Part shown: positions 1-11,162 of the stretch, piece after piece
Layout: each line of letters begins with the position of its first letter
How positions within the stretch are numbered: position 1 is the stretch's first letter
DNA from: Bacteroidota bacterium
GTDB taxonomy: Bacteria; Bacteroidota; Bacteroidia; NS11-12g; UBA955
Direction: 5' to 3'
NCBI GenBank assembly: GCA_009918425.1
Contig: RGEC01000003.1
Span: 1 to 35,273 of the forward strand
Length of the DNA stretch: 35,273 bases
Notes under the pieces: model-generated
The model's database searches: none
What the model saw: only the letters and a program-made list of their open reading frames with translations
Told to the model about the DNA's origin: nothing
Position numbers and translations under genes: made by a program

Positions 1-1992
<1,992 letters not shown>

Positions 1993-2061
1993 TTCAAGGG
2001 TTCAAATTTCGCCTATTTTTTCTAGTAAGTTAGATAATGTGGGTAAAATGTGACCAGAATG

Positions 2062-3078
2062 CTAATCCAAAGACTTTTTGGGGAAAAGGAATGAGGAAAT
2101 ATAGGTCAACACCAAAATACAGCCCAAAACAAGCAAAGCATGAACCTCATTGAATCCCAGGTTTTGAAGTTGTTTTTGAAAAATCATCTTTACACCAATA
2201 AAAACAAGTATGAGAGACAGTCCATACTGAAGAGTACTGAGGTTTTTAATACCATGCCCGAGCAGAAAAAACAGGCTCCTCAATCCCATAATGGCAAAGA
2301 TATTTGAAAAGAAAACCAGGTAAGGATCGAGGGTTATCCCAAAAATAGCAGGCACACTATCAACGGCAAATAAAACATCTGTAAATTCTACCAGCACGAG
2401 CACAACAAATAAAATCGTTGCATAACGTTTGCCATCCTTTACCATAAAAAATTTACCATTGGGGTTCTTTTCTTCGCTGATTCTAAAAAATCGGGAAACC
2501 CATTTAAAAACACGATGATTTTCTGTGTCAATGGTATCATTATTATCTTGCGAAAAGAGCATTTTGAGACCGGTAACTATTAGAAAACCACCAAATAAAT
2601 AGATCATCCAGTGAAACTGCTGTATCATAAGTCCGCCCAAAAAAATGAAAAGAAATCTCATCAGAACGGCTCCAATAACACCCCATACCAGAATTCTCTT
2701 TTGATCAGAAAGACTGATACCGAATGAACTGAAAATAAGCAGCATAACAAATAGATTATCTACACTGAGCGAATACTCAACAAAATAGCCGGTTATATAG
2801 CTCACCAGTGCTTCTTTTGAAAAGGATTCCCGGCATTTACTTACATCATCAAATACAATAAAATTACTTTTGTATGTATCCTTGAAATTTCGGTAATCTG
2901 CTACAGAATGAAGGTTATGTAAATTGTGATGAAAGAAATAAATCACTATGGAAAACAATAGTCCTGCCGTTATCCACCCGACTGTGCGCCAAAGCGCCTG
3001 TTTGGATGTTAGTGCTTTTTGTTCTTTGCATACACCCAACCTAAAGTTTACTTTTGCATCAATTATTAAAATCAACAT
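2062..3078 (-). CDS. TerC/Alx family metal homeostasis membrane protein (start uncertain: 3144, 3078 or 3039)
   Basis: GYFVEYSLSVDNLFV, WGVIGAVLMR, EFTDVLFAVDSVPAIFGIT, SNIFAIMGLRSLFF signatures and multiple hydrophobic helices. Confidence 0.9.
   Translation of the reverse strand: MLILIIDAKVNFRLGVCKEQKALTSKQALWRTVGWITAGLLFSIVIYFFHHNLHNLHSVADYRNFKDTYKSNFIVFDDVSKCRESFSKEALVSYITGYFVEYSLSVDNLFVMLLIFSSFGISLSDQKRILVWGVIGAVLMRFLFIFLGGLMIQQFHWMIYLFGGFLIVTGLKMLFSQDNNDTIDTENHRVFKWVSRFFRISEEKNPNGKFFMVKDGKRYATILFVVLVLVEFTDVLFAVDSVPAIFGITLDPYLVFFSNIFAIMGLRSLFFLLGHGIKNLSTLQYGLSLILVFIGVKMIFQKQLQNLGFNEVHALLVLGCILVLTYISSFLFPKKSLD
3025..3056 (+). promoter_or_regulatory. Bacteroidota primary-sigma promoter (-33/-7) for the S46 peptidase gene
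   Basis: TTTG (3025-3028), 20 nt spacer, TACTTTTG (3049-3056); 20 nt upstream of ATG 3077. Confidence 0.7.
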
Positions 3079-5191
3079 GAGAAATATTACTGTAGTTGTG
3101 CTTTCCCTGCTCTGCGTAGGTTTGGTTTCTATTTCCGCCACCAAAGATGAGGGAATGTTTCCACTTAATTATCTTGATGAAAAAGCATTGCAGAATGCCG
3201 GATTGAAATTGTCAACAAAGGATTTATTCTCACCCGGTGAAGTTTCCCTGGCCAATGCATTGGTGAAAGTTGGTGGATGTTCAGGTTCCTTTATTTCTTC
3301 GGAAGGTTTAATTATCACTAATCATCACTGTGTATATGGTGGAGTCGCAGATTTAAGCACTGCAGACAATAATTATCTTGAAAATGGGTTTGTAGCCGCA
3401 GATAAAACCAAGGAATTGCCTATACAAATGCCCTGTAGGATAACCCAGTCCTTCGAAGATGTTTCTGCATTGGTTTTACAAGGTGTAACTAAAGATTTAA
3501 ATCCATCGGCCAGGGCAAAGGCAATATCAGGTAACATCAAAAAGATTCTTGAAGAAGAGAAAGTGAAAAACCCTGACCTGACAATGGAAGTTTCAGAAAT
3601 GTTTGTAGGAAAAAGCTACATGCTGTTTCGTTATCTTTTGATACCGGATGTAAGGCTGGTATTTGCGCCACCTGTCACCATAGGACAATTTGGAGGTGAT
3701 CTTGATAACTGGGAATGGCCAAGACACAATGGTGATTTTGGTATGGTGCGAGCCTATGTAGGCCCTGACGGAAAACCTGCTCCCTACAGCGAGAATAATG
3801 TTCCATTCAAACCCAAACGACACCTTAAAATAAATGCCAATGGCACCAAAGAGGGCGACTTCGTCTTTATCATGGGTTATCCGGGGCGCACCTACCGTCA
3901 CGAAAGTGCTCCATACCTGAAATTCCAGCAGGAAGTTCAGCTGCCTACCATTCAAAAATGGTATAGCTGGTATATACGGCAAATGAAAACATTGAGTGAA
4001 GGAAACGAGTCCAAGTTTCTGGCATTTGCAAAAGAGATTCAGGGGCTGGAAAATGTAGAGAAGAATTATCGGGGGAAAATGCAGGGATTGATGAGAACGG
4101 GTTTGGTTGATCAAAAAATAAACGATGAGGCTATGATGATGAAATTATCAGAAACGAAAAATGATGAGGCCATCAAACTTGCCATTCCAAAATTACAAAC
4201 CCTCTGGGCAAGAAAAACTGAACTGGCAGCTCAGCGTTACCATTACCAGTTCCTGTATAACCAATCAGGTCCATTCTATGCAGCCCAGTCAATAAGACAA
4301 TTTAAGAGCACATTTAACAAAGGCAATGCAGAGCAAAAAAAGAAAACCATTACAGCGTTTGCTGCCGCAATGCGGCAGAATTATACTGTTATTGATAAAA
4401 CCTTGGAAATTTCTGTTCTTAAGGAGCTGCTTCCAAAAATCAATGATAATCGAAAAGTTAAATTAAAAGTAAACGGGAAACTGCCCATAGCACAATGGAT
4501 TGATCAGAATTCAAAAAAAGATAAATTATTTGATACCGCCTTTGTATTTGGATTATTGCGAAACAATCCTGAAAAACTATTGAATTATCAAAGTGGCTTA
4601 ACCAAACTTTTTGATGAAGTTGAAGAAGAATCCATGCGTATAGAATATGAATGGAGCTTAATCGATCAGGAAATAAAAGCCATAATGCCTGTATACCTGG
4701 ATTTGAAGCAGGAATATAAAAATGGTCAATTTATTCCGGATGCTAACAGCACATTGCGTTTAACCTACGGATATATTAAACGATATAAGCCCAATGACGC
4801 AGAAATTCACATGCCTTACACCACACTCAAAGGGGTATTTGAAAAGGCCAATACCGCACCTGATTACCGATTGCCTTCCATTGTTGCTGATAAACTGCGA
4901 ATAAAGGATATACCCACAGTTTTTAAAGATAAAGAAACAGGAGAAGTGGCTGTGGCATTTCTATACAATCTTGATACAACGGGTGGTAACAGCGGAAGTG
5001 CCGTATTGGATGCAGATGGCAATCTGATTGGAATCAATTTTGACAGAAGCTTTACAGCCACCATCAATGATTATGCCTGGAACGATCAATACAGCCGAAG
5101 CATTGGATGCGACATACGTTACGTATTGTTTGTAGTCAAATATGTAGGCAAAGCGGATCATCTGCTGAATGAGATGGGCCTTTCTATCTGA
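3077..5191 (+). CDS. S46 family dipeptidyl peptidase, DPP11-like (Asp/Glu-specific type)
   Basis: Signal peptide MRNITVVVLSLLCVGLVSISA then DEGMF; TNHHC, WPRHNGDF, GYPGRT, PDANSTLRLTYG, TGGNSGS; NFDR at the S1 position. Start moved from 2948 to 3077 because of the signal peptide and promoter. Confidence 0.92.
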   Translation: MRNITVVVLSLLCVGLVSISATKDEGMFPLNYLDEKALQNAGLKLSTKDLFSPGEVSLANALVKVGGCSGSFISSEGLIITNHHCVYGGVADLSTADNNYLENGFVAADKTKELPIQMPCRITQSFEDVSALVLQGVTKDLNPSARAKAISGNIKKILEEEKVKNPDLTMEVSEMFVGKSYMLFRYLLIPDVRLVFAPPVTIGQFGGDLDNWEWPRHNGDFGMVRAYVGPDGKPAPYSENNVPFKPKRHLKINANGTKEGDFVFIMGYPGRTYRHESAPYLKFQQEVQLPTIQKWYSWYIRQMKTLSEGNESKFLAFAKEIQGLENVEKNYRGKMQGLMRTGLVDQKINDEAMMMKLSETKNDEAIKLAIPKLQTLWARKTELAAQRYHYQFLYNQSGPFYAAQSIRQFKSTFNKGNAEQKKKTITAFAAAMRQNYTVIDKTLEISVLKELLPKINDNRKVKLKVNGKLPIAQWIDQNSKKDKLFDTAFVFGLLRNNPEKLLNYQSGLTKLFDEVEEESMRIEYEWSLIDQEIKAIMPVYLDLKQEYKNGQFIPDANSTLRLTYGYIKRYKPNDAEIHMPYTTLKGVFEKANTAPDYRLPSIVADKLRIKDIPTVFKDKETGEVAVAFLYNLDTTGGNSGSAVLDADGNLIGINFDRSFTATINDYAWNDQYSRSIGCDIRYVLFVVKYVGKADHLLNEMGLSI

Positions 5192-5204
5192 TTCGAATTT
5201 ATTC

Positions 5205-5220
5205 TGTAACTCAGGTCACA
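5205..5220. promoter_or_regulatory. Crp/Fnr-like palindromic operator candidate
   Basis: TGTAA-CTCAGG-TCACA, one mismatch from TGTGA-N6-TCACA, in the intergenic region before the rhodanese gene. Confidence 0.45.
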
Positions 5221-5261
5221 AAGTTTTTAGTTTCTACATTTTTAATTTGCATAAAACAATT

Positions 5262-5570
5262 ATGGGATTAATATCAGCTTTATTTGGGAAGAAGGAGCCC
5301 CTTGATTTCAAAAAACTAATCAATGAAGGTGCTATCATACTGGATGTCCGTACCGTTGCAGAATTCAAAGGTGGACATATTAAAAACGCCAAAAACATTG
5401 CAGTACAAGATTTACAGTCACAGTTGAATATTTTAGATAAAAACAAAATCATCATCACATGTTGTGCATCGGGAATGCGCAGTGCTTCGGCCGCATCTAT
5501 TTTAAATAAGGCTGGATTTAGCGCCTACAATGGTGGTGGCTGGCAATCACTTCAACGCAAATTGTCATGA
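5262..5570 (+). CDS. Single-domain rhodanese-like sulfurtransferase
   Basis: ILDVRTVAEFKGGHIKNAKNI, active loop CCASGMRS, YNGGGW; likely start MGLISALFG at 5262. Confidence 0.9.
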   Translation: MGLISALFGKKEPLDFKKLINEGAIILDVRTVAEFKGGHIKNAKNIAVQDLQSQLNILDKNKIIITCCASGMRSASAASILNKAGFSAYNGGGWQSLQRKLS

Positions 5571-5872
5571 GCCTCAATTCATCATTTGATGCTCTGATTA
5601 GTGGAGATTTACCGGTCTTGATTGATTTTCATGCCACCTGGTGTGGACCTTGCAAAACACTGGCTCCCATTTTGGAACAAGTCAAATTGTCATTGGGAGA
5701 CGCTGTCAAAATTATTAAAATAGACATAGACAAAAACCCTTCCCTTGCCGGCAAGTTAAATATCAGTGGGGTACCTACGCTTATGCTGTATCATTCCGGC
5801 CAACTGATTTCACGAAAATCAGGTGTTTTGCCTGCTCATGAAATCATTAAAATGATACAAACCGGTAAATAA
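5567..5872 (+). CDS. trxA: Thioredoxin
   Basis: DFHATWCGPCK and GVPTL cis-Pro motif; ATGA overlap with the rhodanese stop. Confidence 0.9.
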   Translation: MSLNSSFDALISGDLPVLIDFHATWCGPCKTLAPILEQVKLSLGDAVKIIKIDIDKNPSLAGKLNISGVPTLMLYHSGQLISRKSGVLPAHEIIKMIQTGK

Positions 5873-5899
5873 AAAAAGCATCCTGTAGGATGCTTTTTT
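5872..5899. terminator. Bidirectional intrinsic terminator between trxA and rplQ
   Basis: AAAAAAGCATCC-TGTA-GGATGCTTTTTT perfect inverted repeat with A/T tracts on both sides, between convergent genes. Confidence 0.9.
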
Positions 5900-5917
5900 A
5901 TGTTTAAATCTGCTGAA

Positions 5918-6610
5918 TTATTCAGGTTTGTTTTCTTCTTCGCCTTCCTGGTTTTCAGGAGTGTTTTCTTGTGAGGCTTCGGTAGTTTCAGTTTCCGAAG
6001 TGGTTTCTTCAGCCGATGCAGATACTTCAGGCTGCGTTTCTTCTGATGTTTCAACTACAGTCGTTTCTTCTGTAACCACATTCTCAACAGGAGCTGCAGT
6101 TTCTTCAATCACTTCTGCTTCTACTTCTTCGGCAACAACGGGTGTAGCCTCTACAGGTACGGTAGTTTTAGCGGTGTTTGATGAAGCCTTACTGCGACCA
6201 CGACGGGTTTTCTTCGCTTCTTTCTTATCAGTTCCAAAACCCTGGAAGTATTCATTAAAATCAACCAATTCAATGAATGCCATCTCAGCATTATCACCCA
6301 TACGATTACCCACTTTTAGAATACGTGTGTAACCTCCTGGTCTGTTAGCTACTTTGGCACCTACAACGGTAAACAGCTCTTTTACTGCTTCCTTGTCTTT
6401 CAGGTAAGCAAAAACAGTTCTTTGGTTGTGTGTAGTTGCGTCTTTACCCTTGGTAATCAGGGGTTCAACATATGTCCTCAAAGCCTTGGCCTTGGCCAAA
6501 GTTGTAGTTATACGCTTATGAATTATCAGCGACGATGCCATATTTGCCATCAGCGCTTTGCGGTGAGGCGCAGTGCGTCCTAAATGGTTTACTTTTTTCC
6601 CGTGTCTCAT
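5918..6610 (-). CDS. rplQ: 50S ribosomal protein L17 with long acidic C-terminal extension
   Basis: [36 protein letters not shown]. Confidence 0.97.
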   Translation of the reverse strand: MRHGKKVNHLGRTAPHRKALMANMASSLIIHKRITTTLAKAKALRTYVEPLITKGKDATTHNQRTVFAYLKDKEAVKELFTVVGAKVANRPGGYTRILKVGNRMGDNAEMAFIELVDFNEYFQGFGTDKKEAKKTRRGRSKASSNTAKTTVPVEATPVVAEEVEAEVIEETAAPVENVVTEETTVVETSEETQPEVSASAEETTSETETTEASQENTPENQEGEEENKPE

Positions 6611-6615
6611 TACAC

Positions 6616-7608
6616 TTAATCTTCGTTTAAGTTATACTTGGCGATTTCCATTCCGAAGTGAAGACCTTTGTCACGAACAAACTCTTCAAGTTCAGACAGG
6701 GATTTCTTACCAAAATTGCGGAATTTCAGAAGGTCATCAATGTGGTATTGTACCAATTCACCGAGAGTCTTTATTTCGGCCGCCTTCAAACAATTGTAGG
6801 CACGAACGGAAAGGTCTAGGTCGGCAAGCGGTGTTTTTAGAATTTTGCGCATTTGCAGGAACCCTTCGTCCACTTCTTCTACGGCTTTGCTAACCTTAGA
6901 TTCCGGCATAATATTCTCGTCGCTGAACAACACAAAATGCTGAATCAGGATTTTTGCAGCTTCTTTCAAGGCTTCTTCCGGGTGAATACTGCCGTCGGTT
7001 GTTACTTCCATGACCAATTTTTCATAGTCTGTGCGCTGTTCTACACGGAAGTCTTCTACGCTGTATTTAACATTTCTAATAGGCGTGAAGATACTATCGG
7101 TGGCAATTAAACCTAAAGGAGCATCCTTTACTTTGTTTTCCTCAGCAGGAACATAACCACGACCTTTACCAATGGTAAGTTCAAGCTCCAGGTTTACAGT
7201 CGGTTCAAGGTTACATAAAACAAGCTCAGGGTTAAGAATATTAAATGAGTTGGTATATCGGCCAATATCACCGGCAAGAAACTGGTCCTTGCCTTTGAGG
7301 CTGATAAAAATCTTCTCATTGTCATCGGTAGAAGAATTTGCCTTGAAACGAACCTGTTTAAGGTTAAGGATAATTTCGAGAACGTCTTCAACCACACCTT
7401 TGATCGTAGAAAACTCATGGTCAACACCCTGAATTTTTACAGATGTAATTGCATAGCCTTCAAGTGAAGAAAGCAGGATGCGGCGCATGGCATTTCCAAT
7501 AGTAACACCATAGCCTTTTTCAAGGGGTGAAAATTCAAACACACCGTGAAAATCGGTGGCTTTGTTCATTACCACCTTATTTGGTTTTTGAAAAGGAATA
7601 ACTCCCAT
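6616..7608 (-). CDS. rpoA: RNA polymerase alpha subunit
   Basis: [49 protein letters not shown]. Confidence 0.98.
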   Translation of the reverse strand: MGVIPFQKPNKVVMNKATDFHGVFEFSPLEKGYGVTIGNAMRRILLSSLEGYAITSVKIQGVDHEFSTIKGVVEDVLEIILNLKQVRFKANSSTDDNEKIFISLKGKDQFLAGDIGRYTNSFNILNPELVLCNLEPTVNLELELTIGKGRGYVPAEENKVKDAPLGLIATDSIFTPIRNVKYSVEDFRVEQRTDYEKLVMEVTTDGSIHPEEALKEAAKILIQHFVLFSDENIMPESKVSKAVEEVDEGFLQMRKILKTPLADLDLSVRAYNCLKAAEIKTLGELVQYHIDDLLKFRNFGKKSLSELEEFVRDKGLHFGMEIAKYNLNED

Positions 7609-7631
7609 TTTTTGATTTGTTTTAAAAGGTT

Positions 7632-8156
7632 TTATTTAGAGTACAATTCCACAATCAGCTGTTCTTTTATATTTTCTGGAATCTCGGAACGCTCCGGGTA
7701 GCTGATAAATTTACCGGAAAGTTCACCACCATCCCACTCAAGCCAGTTAAAGCGCTTGCGAACACTACCTGCTGCGTCAGCAATTATCTCAAGCGATTTG
7801 CTGCGCTCGCGCACTGAAACAACATCACCGCGACGTGTGGGAGCGATACCCAAACGAAATACGGTATTGTCGAGACGTGCCTCAAGGAACTTCAACAAGT
7901 TTTCACCGGTAATTCCCTTTTTGGCTGCGGCTTTTTTGAATAAGTTTCTGAACTGCTTCTCCAAAAGACCATAAGTATACTTAGCCTTCTGTTTTTCAGC
8001 CAACTGCACTGCGTATTCAGATAATTTGGGCCTTCTGCGGCTGTTGCCGTGCTGACCCGGACCATAGTTTTTCTTTTCCAACGCCTTATCGCGACCGAAA
8101 ATGGGCTCGCGGAAACGACGGGCTATTTTTGATTTTGGACCTCTGTATCTTGCCAT
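7632..8156 (-). CDS. rpsD: 30S ribosomal protein S4, with apparent internal in-frame deletion
   Basis: [42 protein letters not shown]; only 174 aa and lacks the ARQLVxHxHIxVNG segment. Confidence 0.93.
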   Translation of the reverse strand: MARYRGPKSKIARRFREPIFGRDKALEKKNYGPGQHGNSRRRPKLSEYAVQLAEKQKAKYTYGLLEKQFRNLFKKAAAKKGITGENLLKFLEARLDNTVFRLGIAPTRRGDVVSVRERSKSLEIIADAAGSVRKRFNWLEWDGGELSGKFISYPERSEIPENIKEQLIVELYSK

Positions 8157-8181
8157 TGAATGTTATTCTTAAAAATTAAAA

Positions 8182-8565
8182 TTAAACCCTGCGACGCTTA
8201 GGTGGACGACAACCGTTGTGCGGCATAGGAGTGATATCTGTTATGGACAGAACCTCTAAACCTACAGTCTGTAAATTACGAATGGCGCTATCACGTCCGC
8301 CTCCCGGGCCTTTAACAAACACATCAACTTTACGAAGGCCTGAGTCGAACGCAGTCTTTGCACAATCCAATGATGCCATTTGGGCCGCGTAGGGGGTATT
8401 CTTTTTGGATCCTCTGAAACCCATTTTACCGGCAGAGGACCATGAAATCACCTGTCCTTCTGTATTGGTAACGGATACAATAATGTTATTGAAGGTAGCA
8501 TGAATGTGCACCTGCCCGTGGGGATCAACTTTTACTTTCTTTTTGGTTACTTTTTTGGTTGCCAT
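8182..8565 (-). CDS. rpsK: 30S ribosomal protein S11
   Basis: [35 protein letters not shown]. Confidence 0.98.
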   Translation of the reverse strand: MATKKVTKKKVKVDPHGQVHIHATFNNIIVSVTNTEGQVISWSSAGKMGFRGSKKNTPYAAQMASLDCAKTAFDSGLRKVDVFVKGPGGGRDSAIRNLQTVGLEVLSITDITPMPHNGCRPPKRRRV

Positions 8566-8579
8566 TTCCCTGTCATCTA

Positions 8580-8957
8580 TTATTTAGTGGCCTTTTTCTT
8601 GCCTGCTACGGTTTTACGTTTACCCTTTCTGGTACGGGCATTGGTGCTGGTGCGCTGTCCACGAACCGGCAATCCTTTACGGTGTCTGAGACCGCGGTAA
8701 CAACCAATGTCCATGAGACGCTTAATATTGAGCTGGGTTTCACTTCTCAACTCACCTTCAGTTTTGAGGTTGTTGGTGATAAATCCACGAATCTTCGATA
8801 AATCATCGTCATCCCAGTCATTAACTTTTTTGTCGCGGCTGATTCCGGAATTATCCAGAATTCTGGCTGCAGTGCTAGGACCAATACCATAAATGTAGGT
8901 CAATCCTATAACACCTCTTTTGTTTTTGGGTAAATCTATACCTGCTATCCTGGCCAT
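8580..8957 (-). CDS. rpsM: 30S ribosomal protein S13
   Basis: [27 protein letters not shown]. Confidence 0.98.
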   Translation of the reverse strand: MARIAGIDLPKNKRGVIGLTYIYGIGPSTAARILDNSGISRDKKVNDWDDDDLSKIRGFITNNLKTEGELRSETQLNIKRLMDIGCYRGLRHRKGLPVRGQRTSTNARTRKGKRKTVAGKKKATK

Positions 8958-8963
8958 TGTCTG

Positions 8964-9080
8964 TTAACCTTGTCTTTGTTTATACTTAGGGTTCTTTTTG
9001 TTAATTACGTACACCTTACCATTGCGGCGCACAATCTTGCAGTCTACACTGCGCTTTTTTACTGAAGTTCTAACTTTCAT
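8964..9080 (-). CDS. rpmJ: 50S ribosomal protein L36 (zinc-independent type)
   Basis: Missed by ORF track. Manual translation: [38 protein letters not shown] (38 aa). Confidence 0.97.
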   Translation of the reverse strand: MKVRTSVKKRSVDCKIVRRNGKVYVINKKNPKYKQRQG

Positions 9081-9084
9081 ATCT

Positions 9085-9303
9085 TTACTTGTATCTGTAA
9101 GAGATCCTTCCTCTTGTTAAATCGTACGGAGACATTTCCACCTGAACCTTATCACCGGGTAGGATTCTGATATAGTGCATTCTCATTTTACCTGAAATGG
9201 TAGCAATAATTTCATGCCCATTCTGGAGCTGTACACGAAACATTGCGTTAGACAATGCTTCTGTTATAACTCCGTCTTGTTTTATGGCATCTTGCTTTGG
9301 CAT
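9085..9303 (-). CDS. infA: Translation initiation factor IF-1
   Basis: [28 protein letters not shown]. Confidence 0.98.
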   Translation of the reverse strand: MPKQDAIKQDGVITEALSNAMFRVQLQNGHEIIATISGKMRMHYIRILPGDKVQVEMSPYDLTRGRISYRYK

Positions 9304-9316
9304 TTCAAAAGGGCTG

Positions 9317-9347
9317 CAAAAATAGTGAATTTTTTGTTAATAATCAA
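9317..9347 (-). promoter_or_regulatory. Internal promoter for infA-rpmJ-rpsM-rpsK-rpsD-rpoA-rplQ
   Basis: Minus strand TTG (9347-9345), 20 nt spacer, TATTTTTG (9324-9317), 13 nt before the infA ATG. Confidence 0.7.
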
Positions 9348-10707
9348 CTTGAGGTGTATTGCCTGTAAAACGGCCTTTGAGACGGCCACTGCTCATCAAT
9401 CCATCGTACTTCCTCATGAGGAGATAACTGTCGATTTGTTGCAATGTATCCAGGACCACACCAACCAAAATGAGCAAACTGGTACCCCCAAAGAACTGAC
9501 TGAATTCCTGATTTACGCCAAGATTTCCGGACAATACAGGTAATACTGCAATTAGGGAAATAAAGATTGCACCGGGCAGTGTAATGCGGCTAATGATATC
9601 ATCTATAAAGTTGGCCGTCTGCTTACCCGGCTTAATACCCGGTATGAAACCGTTGTTTCTCTTCATGTCATCAGCCATCTGAACAGGGTTAAAAATTATA
9701 GCAGTATAGAAATAGGTAAATACTACAATTAAAAACACCATCAGTGCATTGTGACCGAAGCTGTTTGGATTGGTAAGGCTCATGAGCCAGCCTGGCACAC
9801 TGCTCTGATCATAAAATCCTGCAATGGTTGCGGGCAAGAATAGAATAGCCTGTGCAAAAATAATGGGCATAACACCGGCTGCCAGTATTTTGATGGGAAG
9901 ATACTGTCTTACACCACCATACTGACGATTGCCGACAACCCTTTTTGCATAATTAATGGTTATCTTTCTGGTTCCCTGAGTAAGCAATATCACTCCAAGA
10001 ATAACCAAGGCCCATACTACCAATTCAATGAGAAAGAGTATAAAACTTGCGCGTCTTCCCGCAAAAGCCAATTCAGAGAACAGTGCATTCGGAAGTCGGG
10101 CAATGATACCTACCATAATAAGCAAGGATATACCGTTACCTAGACCGCGATCGGTTATACGCTCTCCCATCCACATGGTGAACATTGTACCTGCGGTAAG
10201 AAAAATTACGTTAGTAAAGAAAAACCAGCCTTGTGTAAGGTTAGCATTTTCGCGCAAGAAGAGTAAAGCTCCCTGATATTCAGGATTTCCGGTAAGCTGA
10301 TTGAGATATCCGAAAGCCTGAACACCCGTAAATGCGATGGTAAGGATTCGGGTATACTGATTGATCTTTCTCCTTCCCTCTTCACCTTCTTTCTGCATAC
10401 GCTGAAAGGCAGGAATAGCAATTGAAACCAATTGCATGAAAATACTTGCCGATATATACGGCATTATTCCCAGTGCAAAAATCGCTCCTCTGTTCCAGGC
10501 ACCACCTGCGAAGGTGTTAATCAAGTCAAGGATATTGTTCTTATTCTGGCTGTTCATGTTAGTTTCCAGAATTGAACTGTCGATACCGGGAAGTATTACG
10601 AAGGAACCCAGACGGTATACGGCTAGCAGCAGAAAAGTATAAAGTATTCTTCTCCGAAGCTCCTCTATCGACCAGATATGTTTTAGGGTTTCAATCAGCT
10701 TTTTCAT
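9337..10707 (-). CDS. secY: Preprotein translocase subunit SecY
   Basis: IFALGIMPYISASI, GLGNGISLLI, AGVMPIIFA, GFIPGIKPG, FGGTSLLILVGV. Confidence 0.98.
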   Translation of the reverse strand: MKKLIETLKHIWSIEELRRRILYTFLLLAVYRLGSFVILPGIDSSILETNMNSQNKNNILDLINTFAGGAWNRGAIFALGIMPYISASIFMQLVSIAIPAFQRMQKEGEEGRRKINQYTRILTIAFTGVQAFGYLNQLTGNPEYQGALLFLRENANLTQGWFFFTNVIFLTAGTMFTMWMGERITDRGLGNGISLLIMVGIIARLPNALFSELAFAGRRASFILFLIELVVWALVILGVILLTQGTRKITINYAKRVVGNRQYGGVRQYLPIKILAAGVMPIIFAQAILFLPATIAGFYDQSSVPGWLMSLTNPNSFGHNALMVFLIVVFTYFYTAIIFNPVQMADDMKRNNGFIPGIKPGKQTANFIDDIISRITLPGAIFISLIAVLPVLSGNLGVNQEFSQFFGGTSLLILVGVVLDTLQQIDSYLLMRKYDGLMSSGRLKGRFTGNTPQVDY

Positions 10708-10711
10708 GGAA

Positions 10712-11161
10712 TCAACCTATAACGTGAACAGAGCCACCGGCCTTTTCAATGGCAGTCTTAGCGGTTTCACTAAATTTGTGTGCGTGAACCTCCACACCGG
10801 CTTTGATTTCACCGCGACCCAGAATTTTAACCATCTCGGACTTGCCAACTAGGTGCTTTTTAACAAGAAGCTCGTGATCTATTTTATTTACTTTGAGTGA
10901 ATCAGCAAGCCCCTGCAACACATCCAAGTTGATTGCAGCATATTCAACACGGTTGATATTTTTGAAACCGCCTTTTGGAATACGGCGCTGTAAGGGCATC
11001 TGACCACCTTCAAAACCAATCTTCCTGGAGTATCCTGTACGTGATTGCGCACCTTTATGACCTTTTGTTGATGTTCCGCCTCTTCCAGAGCCTTCACCAC
11101 GGCCAATTCGCTTTCTGTTTTTGGTAGAACCTGCAGCAGGTTTTAAATTACTTAAATTCAT
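10712..11161 (-). CDS. rplO: 50S ribosomal protein L15
   Basis: RIGRGEGSG, GHKGAQSR, GFEGGQMPLQRRIPK. Confidence 0.97.
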   Translation of the reverse strand: MNLSNLKPAAGSTKNRKRIGRGEGSGRGGTSTKGHKGAQSRTGYSRKIGFEGGQMPLQRRIPKGGFKNINRVEYAAINLDVLQGLADSLKVNKIDHELLVKKHLVGKSEMVKILGRGEIKAGVEVHAHKFSETAKTAIEKAGGSVHVIG

Positions 11162-11162
11162 G

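Noticed and set aside
2948-3076. Upstream extension of the S46 ORF from ATG 2948
   Set aside because: The signal peptide and promoter both point to ATG 3077.
8964-9080. L36 and S14 lack complete zinc-ribbon cysteines
   Set aside because: Zinc-independent forms in the main operon are typical for Bacteroidota.
9304-9336. No map or adk between secY and infA
   Set aside because: Presence of these genes here varies among lineages; not remarkable.
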